Shown one piece after another: positions 24,361 through 35,089 of a stretch of 43,299 bases of DNA. Below the pieces are notes generated by a model. It was not told where the DNA came from. It saw only the letters and a list, made by a program, of their open reading frames with translations, and did no database searches. The DNA comes from Octopus bimaculoides (taxonomy: Eukaryota): assembly GCF_001194135.2 (NCBI RefSeq), contig NC_068986.1, forward strand, positions 110,162,842-110,206,140, in the 5' to 3' direction. Both the position numbers and the translations under genes were made by a program. Position 1 is the first letter of the stretch. The number at the start of each line of letters is the position of its first letter.

Positions 24361-24964
24361 ATACCTGTTGTAATTTAGTTATCCATAGTCCGATGATAAT
24401 TCGGAATAAAATTCCTTCCTCAGCTTTTCTTAGATGGAGTCTCTGCTATAAACTGTTCTCCAATGGCTTTTCTTTTTTCGGAAGAGTCTCAGTAGTGGTC
24501 TCACGAAGTTTCTTCCGGAATTCCTCATGAGAAGTGCATGAAGTCGTCTATGTCTCAATCTCGTGTGTGTTGGTACGTCTGTAGCGCTGGTTCTAAGTTA
24601 TATATTACACATGCAGCTTCCTTTTGATTTCCTTTTACCCATTTTTTCCTCTTCTCTCTTTTTTGTTATAAACAATTGATGAGCATATAAAAAATGAACC
24701 TACACGCATCCAGATGTAGCTAAATAATATATTGATTACCATCCTCCAGCCTGTTGTTAATTTGGGGTCATATATATATATTAATAGTAATTGTAAGACG
24801 ACAAAAGAATGAAAGAGACCTCGATATTTTGAAAGTAGAGGAATTCATCTGTAACATATGTGGCAATTATTTGCCGAATGACCCGTCCTTGTTTTCTTTG
24901 TATGGTCTGTCTGTATGTTTTGCGTTCTCGTCCCATTTTTGCATTTTTATATATACATACCTAC

Positions 24965-25165
24965 TTGGTGAGTGCTACATCTTCACAAATGATTGCAATC
25001 TCTCTCTGAGATTCCTCACTGTCAATGTCATCTCTGACTAACCATCCATGACGTCCCAGGTGATTATACAATCCAGCAGCAACTAGGAATGGTTTCAAGC
25101 ATAGATGAGAGACGAAAGTCGTAACTTCCACTGGATTTATTGCATCCGTTTGTGAGAGATAAACT
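24965..25165 (-). CDS. Candidate 201-nt internal exon of an unidentified minus-strand gene
   Basis: Stop-free, normal-complexity peptide VYLSQTDAINPVEVTTFVSHLCLKPFLVAAGLYNHLGRHGWLVRDDIDSEESQREIAIICEDVALT between TTCACAG| and |GTAGGT, symmetric phase 2; no family recognised. Confidence 0.3.
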
Positions 25166-25204
25166 CTGTGAACTGCCACACGCATTTATCTACACATACA
25201 TATA

Positions 25205-25292
25205 CAAATCGTCACCGTCATCGTCGTCGTTTTCGTCGTCGTCGTCATCATCGTCATCATAACCACCATCATCAACATCATCATCAACATCG

Positions 25293-25343
<51 letters not shown>

Positions 25344-25388
25344 ACATCGTCATCAACATCGTCATCATCATCGTCATCATCGTCGTCG

Positions 25389-25436
<48 letters not shown>

Positions 25437-25454
25437 ACATCATCATCATCATCG

Positions 25455-25498
<44 letters not shown>

Positions 25499-25500
25499 TC
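25205..25500. repeat. Compound (CAT/CGT/CAA)n microsatellite
   Basis: Direct reading; source of the poly-H and poly-M ORFs. Confidence 0.95.
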
Positions 25501-25699
25501 TACTTACTACTGTCGTTGTATCTGTTTGATGATGTTCAACTTCAATCAGATTTCATTAAGGTTCTGCAAAATATTATAAAGAGTTATTTTATTGTAATTT
25601 AGTATATTTTATTTTGGTTTGTTTTATTTTAATTGTTTTTCTCATTCATGTAAAACATTTATTTATTTTTTCGCTTATTTATTTTGTTTATCAGATTGT

Positions 25700-25979
25700 G
25701 GTTGCAGCAGCAACATCAGCATCAAAACCATCATCACCACCAACAGAACCAGCAGTAGCAGCAGCAGTAGCAGCAGCAGTAGCAGCAGCAGTAGCAGCAG
25801 CAGTAGCAGCGATAATAACAACAGCTCACCCAACATCACCGTTTCCACCGCCACCGCCACCACTACGATCATCATCATCATCCCATCATCAACATCATCA
25901 TCATCGTCGATATCGCCATCGTCATCATCCTCATCACCACCATCACCACCACCATCATCATCATCACCATCATCATCAC

Positions 25980-26016
<37 letters not shown>

Positions 26017-26040
26017 GTCGTCGTCGTCGTCGTCGTTAGC
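25700..26040. repeat. (AGC/AGT)n with a 12-bp unit, then (CAT/CAC/CGT)n
   Basis: AGTAGCAGCAGC repeated about five times at 25750-25811. Confidence 0.92.
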
Positions 26041-26597
26041 AGTAGAAACAAGGCAACAGTTGCAGTTTGTGATGAAAACTATTCTCATAGCTCCTTGCAT
26101 GTTTGTTGTTGTTGTTGTTGTTGTTGTTGTATTAACTCAGACCCGTTTACTGCACAATTACAGCCAGCGTTGCTATGTGTCTGTTTAATGTGATTAAAGT
26201 ATTTGCTTAGTGAGGCTAATTAAAGCGTTTCATAATTTTTTTTTTTTATGTATGTATATACATGAATGCGTGTGTATGCGTTCGTCATTCTGCTTAGATA
26301 CGTTGCTTTGTGTACGAGTGTGTGTATGTGTGTTTGTATATCTCTGTGTATAATTGTATCTCTTTATGCTTGAGAGTGAATAAGGGTGCCTGAATGTGTG
26401 TAAAGTGTGATTGTGTGTGTTTGTATGCCTAAGTGTGTGTGTGTATGTGGTGTGTAACTGTGTGTGTGTGTGTATTTGTGAGTGCATGTGTATGTCTGAG
26501 CGTGTTTCACACGTCGTAACGGTGTGGATGCTTGTATGAATATCAGTGTGTGCATTTTATGTCTGTGTGTATATTTATATATATATATATATATATG

Positions 26598-26636
<39 letters not shown>

Positions 26637-26957
26637 GCGAGTTTGTGCGGGTGCGTGCGAGTGTGTGCTAATGTAATTTCTATTAAGTTTGAAATTTATT
26701 AAAATCTCGGGAGAAAAACTATGACATGATTGAAATATTTTTTCAATAATCGAATATTTTAACCATCGTACAAGCACACATACACAATAACACACACGAG
26801 CACACATACTCACACACACGCATATCATATTCACATACACACATACACATAATAACTCCCACCCTTACACATCTACTCTCCTCACACATAAGTCTGTGTA
26901 AGCTCCAGAAAGAGGGCGAAATAGATATGTGTCTATATGTGCAAAGAATAGAATACA

Positions 26958-26995
<38 letters not shown>

Positions 26996-27051
26996 GACGC
27001 GCACGCACACATATATATGTATAACAAGAGAGAAGGAGAGATGTGGAGCGA

Positions 27052-27218
27052 ACGTATGACTATGTGATTAAGAAGCTCGTTTTACAACAACATGGTTTCG
27101 GGTTCTGTTCCACAGCGCAGCACCTTGGACATGTGTCTTCGTTCTATGACCTCAGACCGACCAATGTTTTTAGAGAGTGAATTGGATTGACGAAAACGGT
27201 CTGGAAGCAAGTCGTGTA

Positions 27219-27220
<2 letters not shown>
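27052..27220 (+). mobile_element. Family-B SINE 5' half
   Basis: TATGTGATTAAGAAGCTCG..GGTTTCGGGTTCTGTTCC..GCACCTTGGACATGTGTCTT..GACCGACCAATG; ends in the family's internal (TA) tract. Confidence 0.75.
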
Positions 27221-27254
<34 letters not shown>

Positions 27255-27268
27255 CAGANNNNNNNNNN

Positions 27269-27302
<34 letters not shown>

Positions 27303-27339
27303 CAGACATTCATACATATACATACACCCATATATATAT

Positions 27340-27834
27340 ATCGCTTCAGATCGAGTTGGATGGCGAACAAGGGTGTGGAGTAGAGTGAAAGCATTTGAAG
27401 AGGCCAGGATGATGCAAGCAGGGCTCAAGAGATATTTAAGGAAAAATGTAAAGACTGAAAAGGTGAATGACAAGGACCTTTTTGTGTGCACAGTCTGTGA
27501 CAGACCATGTCTGTCCTTGGCTGGCCTCAAATCTCACCTGCGAACCCATGGAAAACAAACCTCATCCAGCTATTCTGATTATATCTCTGTGCACACGTTT
27601 GAATGTGGTGTGTGCCAGAGGGTCTGCAAATCCAATGGGGGTCTTAAAAGACATGTTAGGAACCACAATGAGCAGAACTTACTTGCAGGTATTGGTTGTG
27701 CAAATCAGAGGTGCAAGCTGTATGGGTGTTTTTTCAAAACACTGTCTGGTTTAAAAAGCCACATCAGATGCCATGAAAGGGCTAAGATGTAGGAGCAGGA
27801 GGTGGTCAAACTCTGTTTAAGGAGTAGACAACCA

Positions 27835-27836
<2 letters not shown>
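27340..27836 (+). mobile_element. Heavily 5'-truncated RTE copy (~500 bp) with an open ORF end carrying three C2H2 fingers, in (TA)n
   Basis: ASDRVGWRTRVWSRVKAFEEAR..; ZF1 27481-27549, ZF2 27598-27666, ZF3 27712-27774 (second Cys mutated to Tyr); stop 27790-27792; 3' GGTGGT(27801)...ACCACC(27836); (TA)n on both sides. Confidence 0.92.
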
Positions 27837-27869
<33 letters not shown>

Positions 27870-28644
27870 CTAGACTACCCATGACCTGTCGGGTCACTGA
27901 GAAGCTTTGAGTTTCCCAGCAACGGAGTGTTGTTTCTTGGGTTTTCTAGTTTCTTTTCCAGGCTATTTCGCATGTTTTCAACGAATGTGACATCAAAATC
28001 ACGCGTATACGTCTTCTTTACCCAGAAACGGAAAGATTATCTGCTATTTCTTGGTCGCCCTGCTACCACGTTACAGGTATTTCGGCTCAATTATCACAAA
28101 TAGCGGTTATTTGATAGCAGGGTGTGCTCGAAATAGCAGCCACATTTTTGGAGTTGGGACTCGAAAATATCAAATGAAAATATTCCACACTGAGATTACA
28201 AACGGCTGAATTGCAAAATATTGACGGTACTTTAAAAGTCATTTTCACCTGAAAATATTCTTTAAATACACCAAAAATATTTTTCGTAATGGTACTGATT
28301 TGAAAATAATTAGAAAAACAAAAATTAAAATATTGTCTGTTGAAAGAAAACTAAGATACAAATACTTACTATACCAACAATTTACGTTTTTGAAATCAGA
28401 TTCACTTAAAAATATTTCTAAATGATTAAAATAACGTGTTTAACAAAAGAGAAAATAGAAACGTCTACTGTAAAAAAAATCATAGTTTTTCGGTGTCAAG
28501 TTGCTGTGTCTAATCAAAAGGTAAGAGTTTCTTCCCTTTCAGGATTAAGTTATTTTCGGAGAATTTTCCCATTATGATTGAGATCACAACATCCCTTCCT
28601 GAATGGAACGCTGTTCCGTTGCCGGGTTCAAGGTAAGCAGTTTT

Positions 28645-28819
28645 CAGGTGGCGGGGGAAATCGATTACATCGACTGTAATACTCCCTGCTACATGATTTT
28701 ATCGATCTGGAATCGATGAATGGCGCACTCAAACCCGACGCAATTTGAAAACTGAGCGTAGTCAGAAATGCAACTTAGCCTTTTGTCCGAACTTATAACG
28801 ACTCTGCCATCTCATCGCC

Positions 28820-28820
<1 letters not shown>
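28645..28820 (-). mobile_element. Family-A SINE
   Basis: Reverse complement AAGGCGATGAGATGGCAGAGTCGTTA..TTTCAAATTGCG..GATCGATAAAATC..GTCGATGTAATCGATTT. Confidence 0.7.
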
Positions 28821-28876
<56 letters not shown>

Positions 28877-29114
28877 AACCTATATATTTGTCTGTCTGTT
28901 TATTCATCTATCTATCTTTCTTCTTTCCCTTTTCTTCATTTATATATATATATGTATGTGTGTATGTTTATATATGTATGTATGAATATATATTTATATT
29001 ATGCATACATATGCAAACACATATATACACAAATGCATGTATATATGCTAATATGTGAATGTATATACGTATGCATACAAATATACATGCACATCAGATA
29101 TATACTCCACATAA

Positions 29115-29150
<36 letters not shown>

Positions 29151-30354
29151 CTCAAACACATACACACACTACCCACATATGTATGTACATATGCATGCGT
29201 GTATGTACGTATAGACGTCCGCATACATTCGATTGTAAAAACAGGGAGGTGGGGGGAAAGAAGAGTAAAGGAATAGATTTAAAATAAGGTTATAATAAGA
29301 ATGTCACAATGAAATAAGTGATCGGGGTAAATTCTACGATTCGTTTCACCAGTAAAAAGAAATGAAGCGAAGGAGGAGAAGCCCGACCAAACTCCGCATG
29401 TTAAATTAGAGGCAATAAGTAACCGTCATAGAAAGAGAACCGTCCTTCTTTTTCCGTCTATTCACTTTGTGAATGTGTTTGTTTCTATAGTTAATTTAAC
29501 TTTAACTCATTTTATTTGCCACTTTCGTTTCTCACCCGAAATTCATCTGACATTGTCCACTAGACAATACAATTCACTTTGAGTAAGCAAGCGGCTTTCT
29601 TATTTCATTATAGCTCTCTTCAAAACGACTTTTATCTTGATTGTTCAAGACATGAAAACCGTAAAAATGTAAAATAATACCAAAAGACGAAGTACATAAA
29701 AAAATAGAAATAAAAATATATAAAAAATTAAATACGAAATTAAACAAAAAAAATTAAATACCCTTTCTCAAGAGAAAAAACACAACAAAACAAAACAAAC
29801 GACACCAACAAACAACACCCAAAAACAACGACAATAACGGAAAGAAATTCATTATAACTAGTTGTTTTCAGGGATATTCAATCAGTGAAATTCACGTTAC
29901 TATCAAAGTCGATTCTTAAAAACTCATTTGATGTCATTGTATTTTCTGAGATGAATTCAATTCACTCTCTCTGGGTTCAATATCTGTATTTTCTATTCAT
30001 ATTAAGCCTAAACAACTCAAAGAAGCAGACATTTTTCCTTTCATTTATTTCCCCTTATTCAAAATACTCTTGTTTATTCATTTCAAGCATCGTGTTTTCT
30101 TTTTTTTCGCACGCAGAAGGTCAGAAGATTTCGAAAAAAAAAAGAAGAAAAATAGAAAAAAAAAAGAGTAAAATGTATTTAGAAAATGGCAGTCTTTAGA
30201 AAACGTGGTGTATTTGATAGCATTGGTTAGTTAAGTTCTAATCAAGGCGGACACATCGTATCAAATTTATATTAAAATATTTCAATGGTCGTGGACGGTG
30301 GATGTGTTCATAAGAATTACAACGATGATAGTGATGGGGGTGTTGCTAATATAG

Positions 30355-30459
30355 TTGATGATAATGAAGCTGATGATGATGATGGTGGTGGTGATGATGA
30401 TGATGATGATGCGGATGATGATGGTGATGATGATAATGATGATGATGAATTTTCTGTCG

Positions 30460-30503
<44 letters not shown>

Positions 30504-30530
30504 GATTATTATCATCATCATCAATATCAA
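30355..30530. repeat. (GAT)n-(TAT)n-(CAT)n compound microsatellite
   Basis: Direct reading. Confidence 0.92.
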
Positions 30531-30720
30531 CAAGGCGACAAGTTGGTAGTATTGTTAGTATATCGAGCAAAATACCTAGTGGTTTTTCGTCCGTCTTTAC
30601 GTCTAGCTTTCGAATTCCGTCAAGGTGGACTTTGCTTTTCATTCTTTCGTGAGTCGGTAAAATAAGTACCAATTGAAAACTGAGATGTATTCGATCTACC
30701 CTCCCTTAAAATTTTGAAAC
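30531..30720 (+). mobile_element. Family-A SINE
   Basis: AAGGCGACAAGTTGGTAG head, TTCGAATTCCGTCAAGGTGGACTTTGCTTTTCATTCTTTCG..GGTAAAATAAGTACC. Confidence 0.8.
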
Positions 30721-30739
30721 AAATATTGTTAATATGAGG

Positions 30740-30930
30740 ACGAACGATCTGGTTGCATCTTTAGATAGCGAACCAAATGCACTTTCACTGTTTCTTCGGA
30801 CTTCGGAATTGAAATGCTGGCGACATGAGTTTGCCTTTCACACTTTCAGGCTCGATAGAAATAAAGTATCAGTAATCAGTCAAGGGCTTAGGTTGATGTT
30901 GTCGACTTATCCCTTCTTATTCCACGGAAT
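30740..30930 (+). mobile_element. Second, older family-A SINE in tandem
   Basis: TTTGCCTTTCACACTTTCAGGCTCGATAGAAATAAAGTATCAGT..GATGTTGTCGACTT. Confidence 0.55.
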
Positions 30931-31294
30931 TCATAGCGTAAAGAGCCGGAAGAAACATCTCAAGGCAATTTTTCCGACACTTCCAAATTTCCCGTCATAT
31001 AGGGACACTAAAAACATATTACAGAAAATAGACATTGCAGTGATATCTTTATTTCTATTGAGGAAAGGAGAACCTTAAAGGGCATTAAAGAAATATGTCA
31101 CAAAATACTATAAATCGAATGTTAAGCGAAGAGAAGTAAAACCAAAACAAAGCAGAAAAATGGAACTGAAGTCGATGATCGACGAGGAATTCTAGAATAT
31201 TCCTACAAGAATCATTCATATGAAATATATACAAGAACCATAGATCCGACTTAGGGTTGGATCTAGGTGCATTGTCGGTATACGTCGTTGGTGT

Positions 31295-31336
<42 letters not shown>

Positions 31337-31377
31337 GTGTGTGTNNNNNNNNNNNNNNNNNNNNNNNNNNNNNNNNN

Positions 31378-31427
<50 letters not shown>

Positions 31428-31439
31428 TGTGTGTGTTAA

Positions 31440-32090
31440 ACGTATCGGGGGAATATGTACAGAACCACGGAAGAACAGTATAAGGCTGTATTCGTTTGGA
31501 GGTTTCTCAATCATTTTTAAGTCACCAAAATATAATTCAGCAGTAAAAGAATGAAAAATGAAAGTCGATCTAGAGAATAAGTTGAACTTCACAGAAACGC
31601 TGGTCTCAGTATTGAAATGGCCAGATTTGGTATTGACCTCGCAAATATCTCTGCAGATATTTCCAAGGAGGAACGCATTGAGAAGATAAATGAGAGGAGG
31701 AGAATGAAATATGCTGTGTTAATGATGTTTTATCGAAGTAATGATTGTAATGCAAGGTGTGATCTCGTCGAGGTAGGATGCGAAAGTGCTACAAGCCATT
31801 CCCTCAGCAGAGCCTGAAAGATGCTTGGCACCAGAGGCCCGAAGGCGGAAGGCTATCAGGTGGGCTGTAGATGTAGTAGAGAGTGCCTCAAGGATGAAGA
31901 GTTTTGAGTCAAAGAACTGCTGATGCTACGAGGTGTAATGCTAGCTGGATAGAAGCGCGTCCTTGATTAACCCTAGTCAGGGGATCCTGGTGGGGCTTTC
32001 CTGAAATCTGAAAGACTCAAAATATCCCATGACTCCATGAAACTTAACCAATGAAATGTCCAGGTGCCTCTCAAGAAAGATGATATATAT
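31440..32090 (+). mobile_element. HERO-type RLE LINE 3' fragment
   Basis: SAVKE*KMKVDLENKLNF..WPDLVL, EERIEKINERRRMKYAVL..ARCDLVEVGC..HSLSRA*KMLG fits the W.M.VDL..RPD..WEE..ERK..KY..L..VEVGCRG pattern recalled for HERO elements; 3' UTR TTGATTAACCC..ATGTCCAGGTGC. Confidence 0.72.
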
Positions 32091-32329
32091 AAATACTAAT
32101 TATAGTTTTGGTTGTCTTCACATTCTGTATTTTTATATTTCCATTTTCCCCCTGTATTCTGTCTGATAATTCCATATTATTTCTAAAAGGCGACATTGTC
32201 TATCGAGAATCATTCTTCGATTAAGAACCTCTCCTGGCTAGAAAGTGAAGCAGAGATACTGTAGAATTAAAACACAAGTATGGCTATGCATAACTAGCAG
32301 GGAATTGTGTAACATAATCTAAGCAGCTA

Positions 32330-32660
32330 CCAACCAGGAGGCACCGAAAATTGATAAAGACTTCATGTCTTGATTACATCACCACCCTACACACTTCCAG
32401 CCACCGTAACTACCAACCAATAATCTGTTTACCAACGATACACAATGTCCTGACATCAATACTCTCCAATAGGTAGGTTTATCAGTTGGGATGTAATGAC
32501 ATTTTATGAGAAGAGGCAGAAGGGGTATTAGAGAAAGATATGACGATGTAAGAGCGGTTATTGGTGAACTGAGCTGTCTGTGAAGCTGAAAGAGAAGCAA
32601 AATCTAAGGATCACATGAATTGATTACGCAAAACCTCCAAAACTTCTGGATATTGGGAGA
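32330..32660 (+). mobile_element. Highly degenerate R4-like RT fragment
   Basis: RNYQPIICLPTIHNVLTSILSNR*VY..NDIL*EE..ERLLVN*AVCE matches NYRPITCLPTxYKxLTSI..EQxG..QLLIN. Confidence 0.65.
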
Positions 32661-32790
32661 GAGGCTATACATAAAAGAGGCAACCTTAATACGCAGGCAA
32701 TATATCAATAAAGCATGTCAAAGTAACCTTGCATGATAAAGAGTTCTTAGAAAACATCGCTGACCCCTAAAGGAAGGTAGCGTTTCAGAT

Positions 32791-32843
<53 letters not shown>

Positions 32844-33027
32844 NNNNNNNNNNNNNNNNNNNNNNNNNNNNNNNNNNNNNNNNNNNNNNNNNNNNNNNNN
32901 NNNNNNNNNNNNNNNNNNNNNNNNNNNNNNNNNNNNNNNNNNNNNNNNNNNNNNNNNNNNNNNNNNNNNNNNNNNNNNNNNNNNNNNNNNNNNNNNNNNN
33001 NNNNNNNNNNNNNNNNNNNNNNNNNNN

Positions 33028-33071
<44 letters not shown>

Positions 33072-33189
33072 CCTAATCTGATGAATGAATTCATCAATGG
33101 CTACACGTAATGATGAAAATAATAAGCCCATCGCTGCAGGATTTAAAACATTTTAGAAGAGAAAATTACGTTGAACTGTGAAATGGCTA

Positions 33190-33474
33190 GAATGTTGAGA
33201 GTGCTAGGGTGTTTAACTGAACATCGAATGGTCGTAGTTTCGCTTCCTGGAAAACCCGTTGCATTGTGTTCATGCGAAAACCACTTCATTTCACGTTGCT
33301 CCAGCGCACACAACTATAAATGAGTCATCTTACGACCGAGTGGCGTCCCCTTCAAGTAGGATGTTGTGACCCCACTTTCTGTTAACTACATCCCAAAGAA
33401 GGAGCCGTGTATTTTTGTTGGAAACTGGCTCCCCATTCAGTGGAAGGTTTATAATAGTTAAAAAATAGAAGAGA
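33190..33474 (+). mobile_element. Family-C SINE whose 3' part resembles the R4-like 3' stem-loop
   Basis: TTGTGTTCATGCGAAAACCACTTCATTTCACGTTGCTCCAG core; GGAGCC(33401-33406)/GGCTCC(33427-33432) stem with a 20-nt loop; followed by (CATA)3. Confidence 0.6.
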
Positions 33475-33487
33475 CATACATACATAC

Positions 33488-33597
33488 AAAATACCCCGTT
33501 GCTAATGTTGAAATTCCAATGAAAGAGGCTTGGATCTAGGTTAGAAACCGGTTCTTTCTCTATTGACAAGAAATCTTGAAATAAAACTGAATAATGA
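33488..33597 (+). mobile_element. Extreme 3' end (~110 bp) of the R4-like family seen at 7663-8100, followed by long (CATA)n
   Basis: TGTTGAAATTCCAATGAAAGAGGCTTGGATCTAGGTTAGAAACCGGTTCTTTCTCTATTGACAAGAAATCTTGAAATAAA is colinear with 8018-8097; (CATA)n continues to ~33790. Confidence 0.85.
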
Positions 33598-33629
33598 CAT
33601 ACATACATACATACATACATATATGCATG

Positions 33630-33663
<34 letters not shown>

Positions 33664-33989
33664 CATATATACATACATCCATACTTGATACATACATACA
33701 TACATATATGCATGCATACATAACATACATATATGCATGCATACATACATACATACATACATACATACATACAAGATATATACATACATGCTGGTATTAA
33801 AGTATGTAAGTATAAATGAAGTCGTCGGTCATAAGCAACAAGATGAAGGTTCAAGCAACAATTCTTGCAATTCATCTGATTTGATTATAAAGATCAAATG
33901 CTTGTGCCGTACGTTCGTTCAGTCCCTCGGTCAAATTGAAATTGCTTGTTCAGAAGTTCTCTGTACCATGCATCAGATGTCGTCATTGT

Positions 33990-34097
33990 CGTAAAGCAAC
34001 GTCAAAGGAAGTGTTTCACTGAAAAACACAACGAAGAGCGTGGCTCGAGAACCGAAGCCGCGATTTTGCGACCATGAGTGCAATACACTAACCCCAC
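33990..34097 (-). mobile_element. Family-C SINE head, degenerate
   Basis: Reverse complement GGGGTTAGTGTATTGCACTCATGGTCGC..GGTTCTCGAGCC..TTGTGTTTTTCAGTGAAACACTT. Confidence 0.55.
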
Positions 34098-34339
34098 CAT
34101 TAATATTTGGTAAACGTATCCTCACATGATCTGTATATAGGTGTTATGTGTGTGTGTGTGTGTGAATGTGTGACTCTGTGTGCGTGTGTGTGTAAGTATG
34201 TATGTGTATGAGGAAACAATAAAGGTTCGACTAGAAACTAATTACACTATAGATAAAATGATTTCGGTTAGGAAATAATAACAGAAAATGTAAAATATTC
34301 AGAAAATTTAAACCAAAAAGGAAGTCTGAAAAAATACTA

Positions 34340-34760
34340 AAAAAAAAAAAAGATTAAATGCATAGAAAACAATGAAAAAATTTCTCCATGGTCAGTATTC
34401 TGCAAGAGTGGACAAAGAGGAAATGAGCCAATATGGAAAGCAACAATGGCTCAAAAGCTGTGGACTAAAAGCAGAAATAGAAGGTCTGATTTTAATGGCG
34501 ACCGATCAATGGATAGCTACAAACACAAGCGAAATATAATAATAACACAGGTGGCTAATATCTACTGCATACTGTTTAATCAATGTAAAGAATCAATCTC
34601 CTACGTTATTTCCTGTTTCTCAGTGCTCCCAAAGACAATAATTTTGCAAGCATGGCTGGCTATATAACTATATCCATTGGGAAATATGTGGACATGTCTT
34701 CTACGTAACAACTGAGAAATAAGTGCTATAATCACGCGCCCAAAGCCTGTATGCGACATT
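34340..34760 (+). mobile_element. Degenerate Dong/R4-like ORF fragment (post-RT/CCHC region)
   Basis: FLHGQY..QQWLKSCGLKAEIEGLILMATDQ..YCILFNQCKESISYVISCFSVL..YIHWEIC is homologous to 37048-37353. Confidence 0.8.
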
Positions 34761-34782
34761 GTTAGCATTACGTGTGTATGTC

Positions 34783-34822
<40 letters not shown>

Positions 34823-35007
34823 CATGTGCATTGTGTGTGTGTGCATGTGTATTGTGTGTGTGTGTGTTATGTGAGTTCATTTATATGTTGGAGTTGTGAT
34901 ATAAATTTCATACTTTGGTTTCGATTTCGTATCCGGATGGCTGGTGGGTAAGCTTGTTATACAATGATTGAATCCATTGAATTGGCTGAAGAGTGAGCAT
35001 TAATAGA

Positions 35008-35039
<32 letters not shown>

Positions 35040-35089
35040 AGAGCACACACACACACACACACACTAACTCACACACACTAGCACGCACA

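Noticed and set aside
27187-27792. 201-aa ORF as a host C2H2 zinc-finger gene
   Set aside because: Its N-terminus is microsatellite and gap; the rest is the RTE 3' end with the family's terminal hairpin.
28245-28320. AT-rich stretch reminiscent of an Octopus MITE interior
   Set aside because: Only a vague recollection; no TIR or TSD is visible.
33078-33120. CTGATGA...GAAA hammerhead-like cores here and at ~39810
   Set aside because: No stem II, III or I pairing consistent with a hammerhead.
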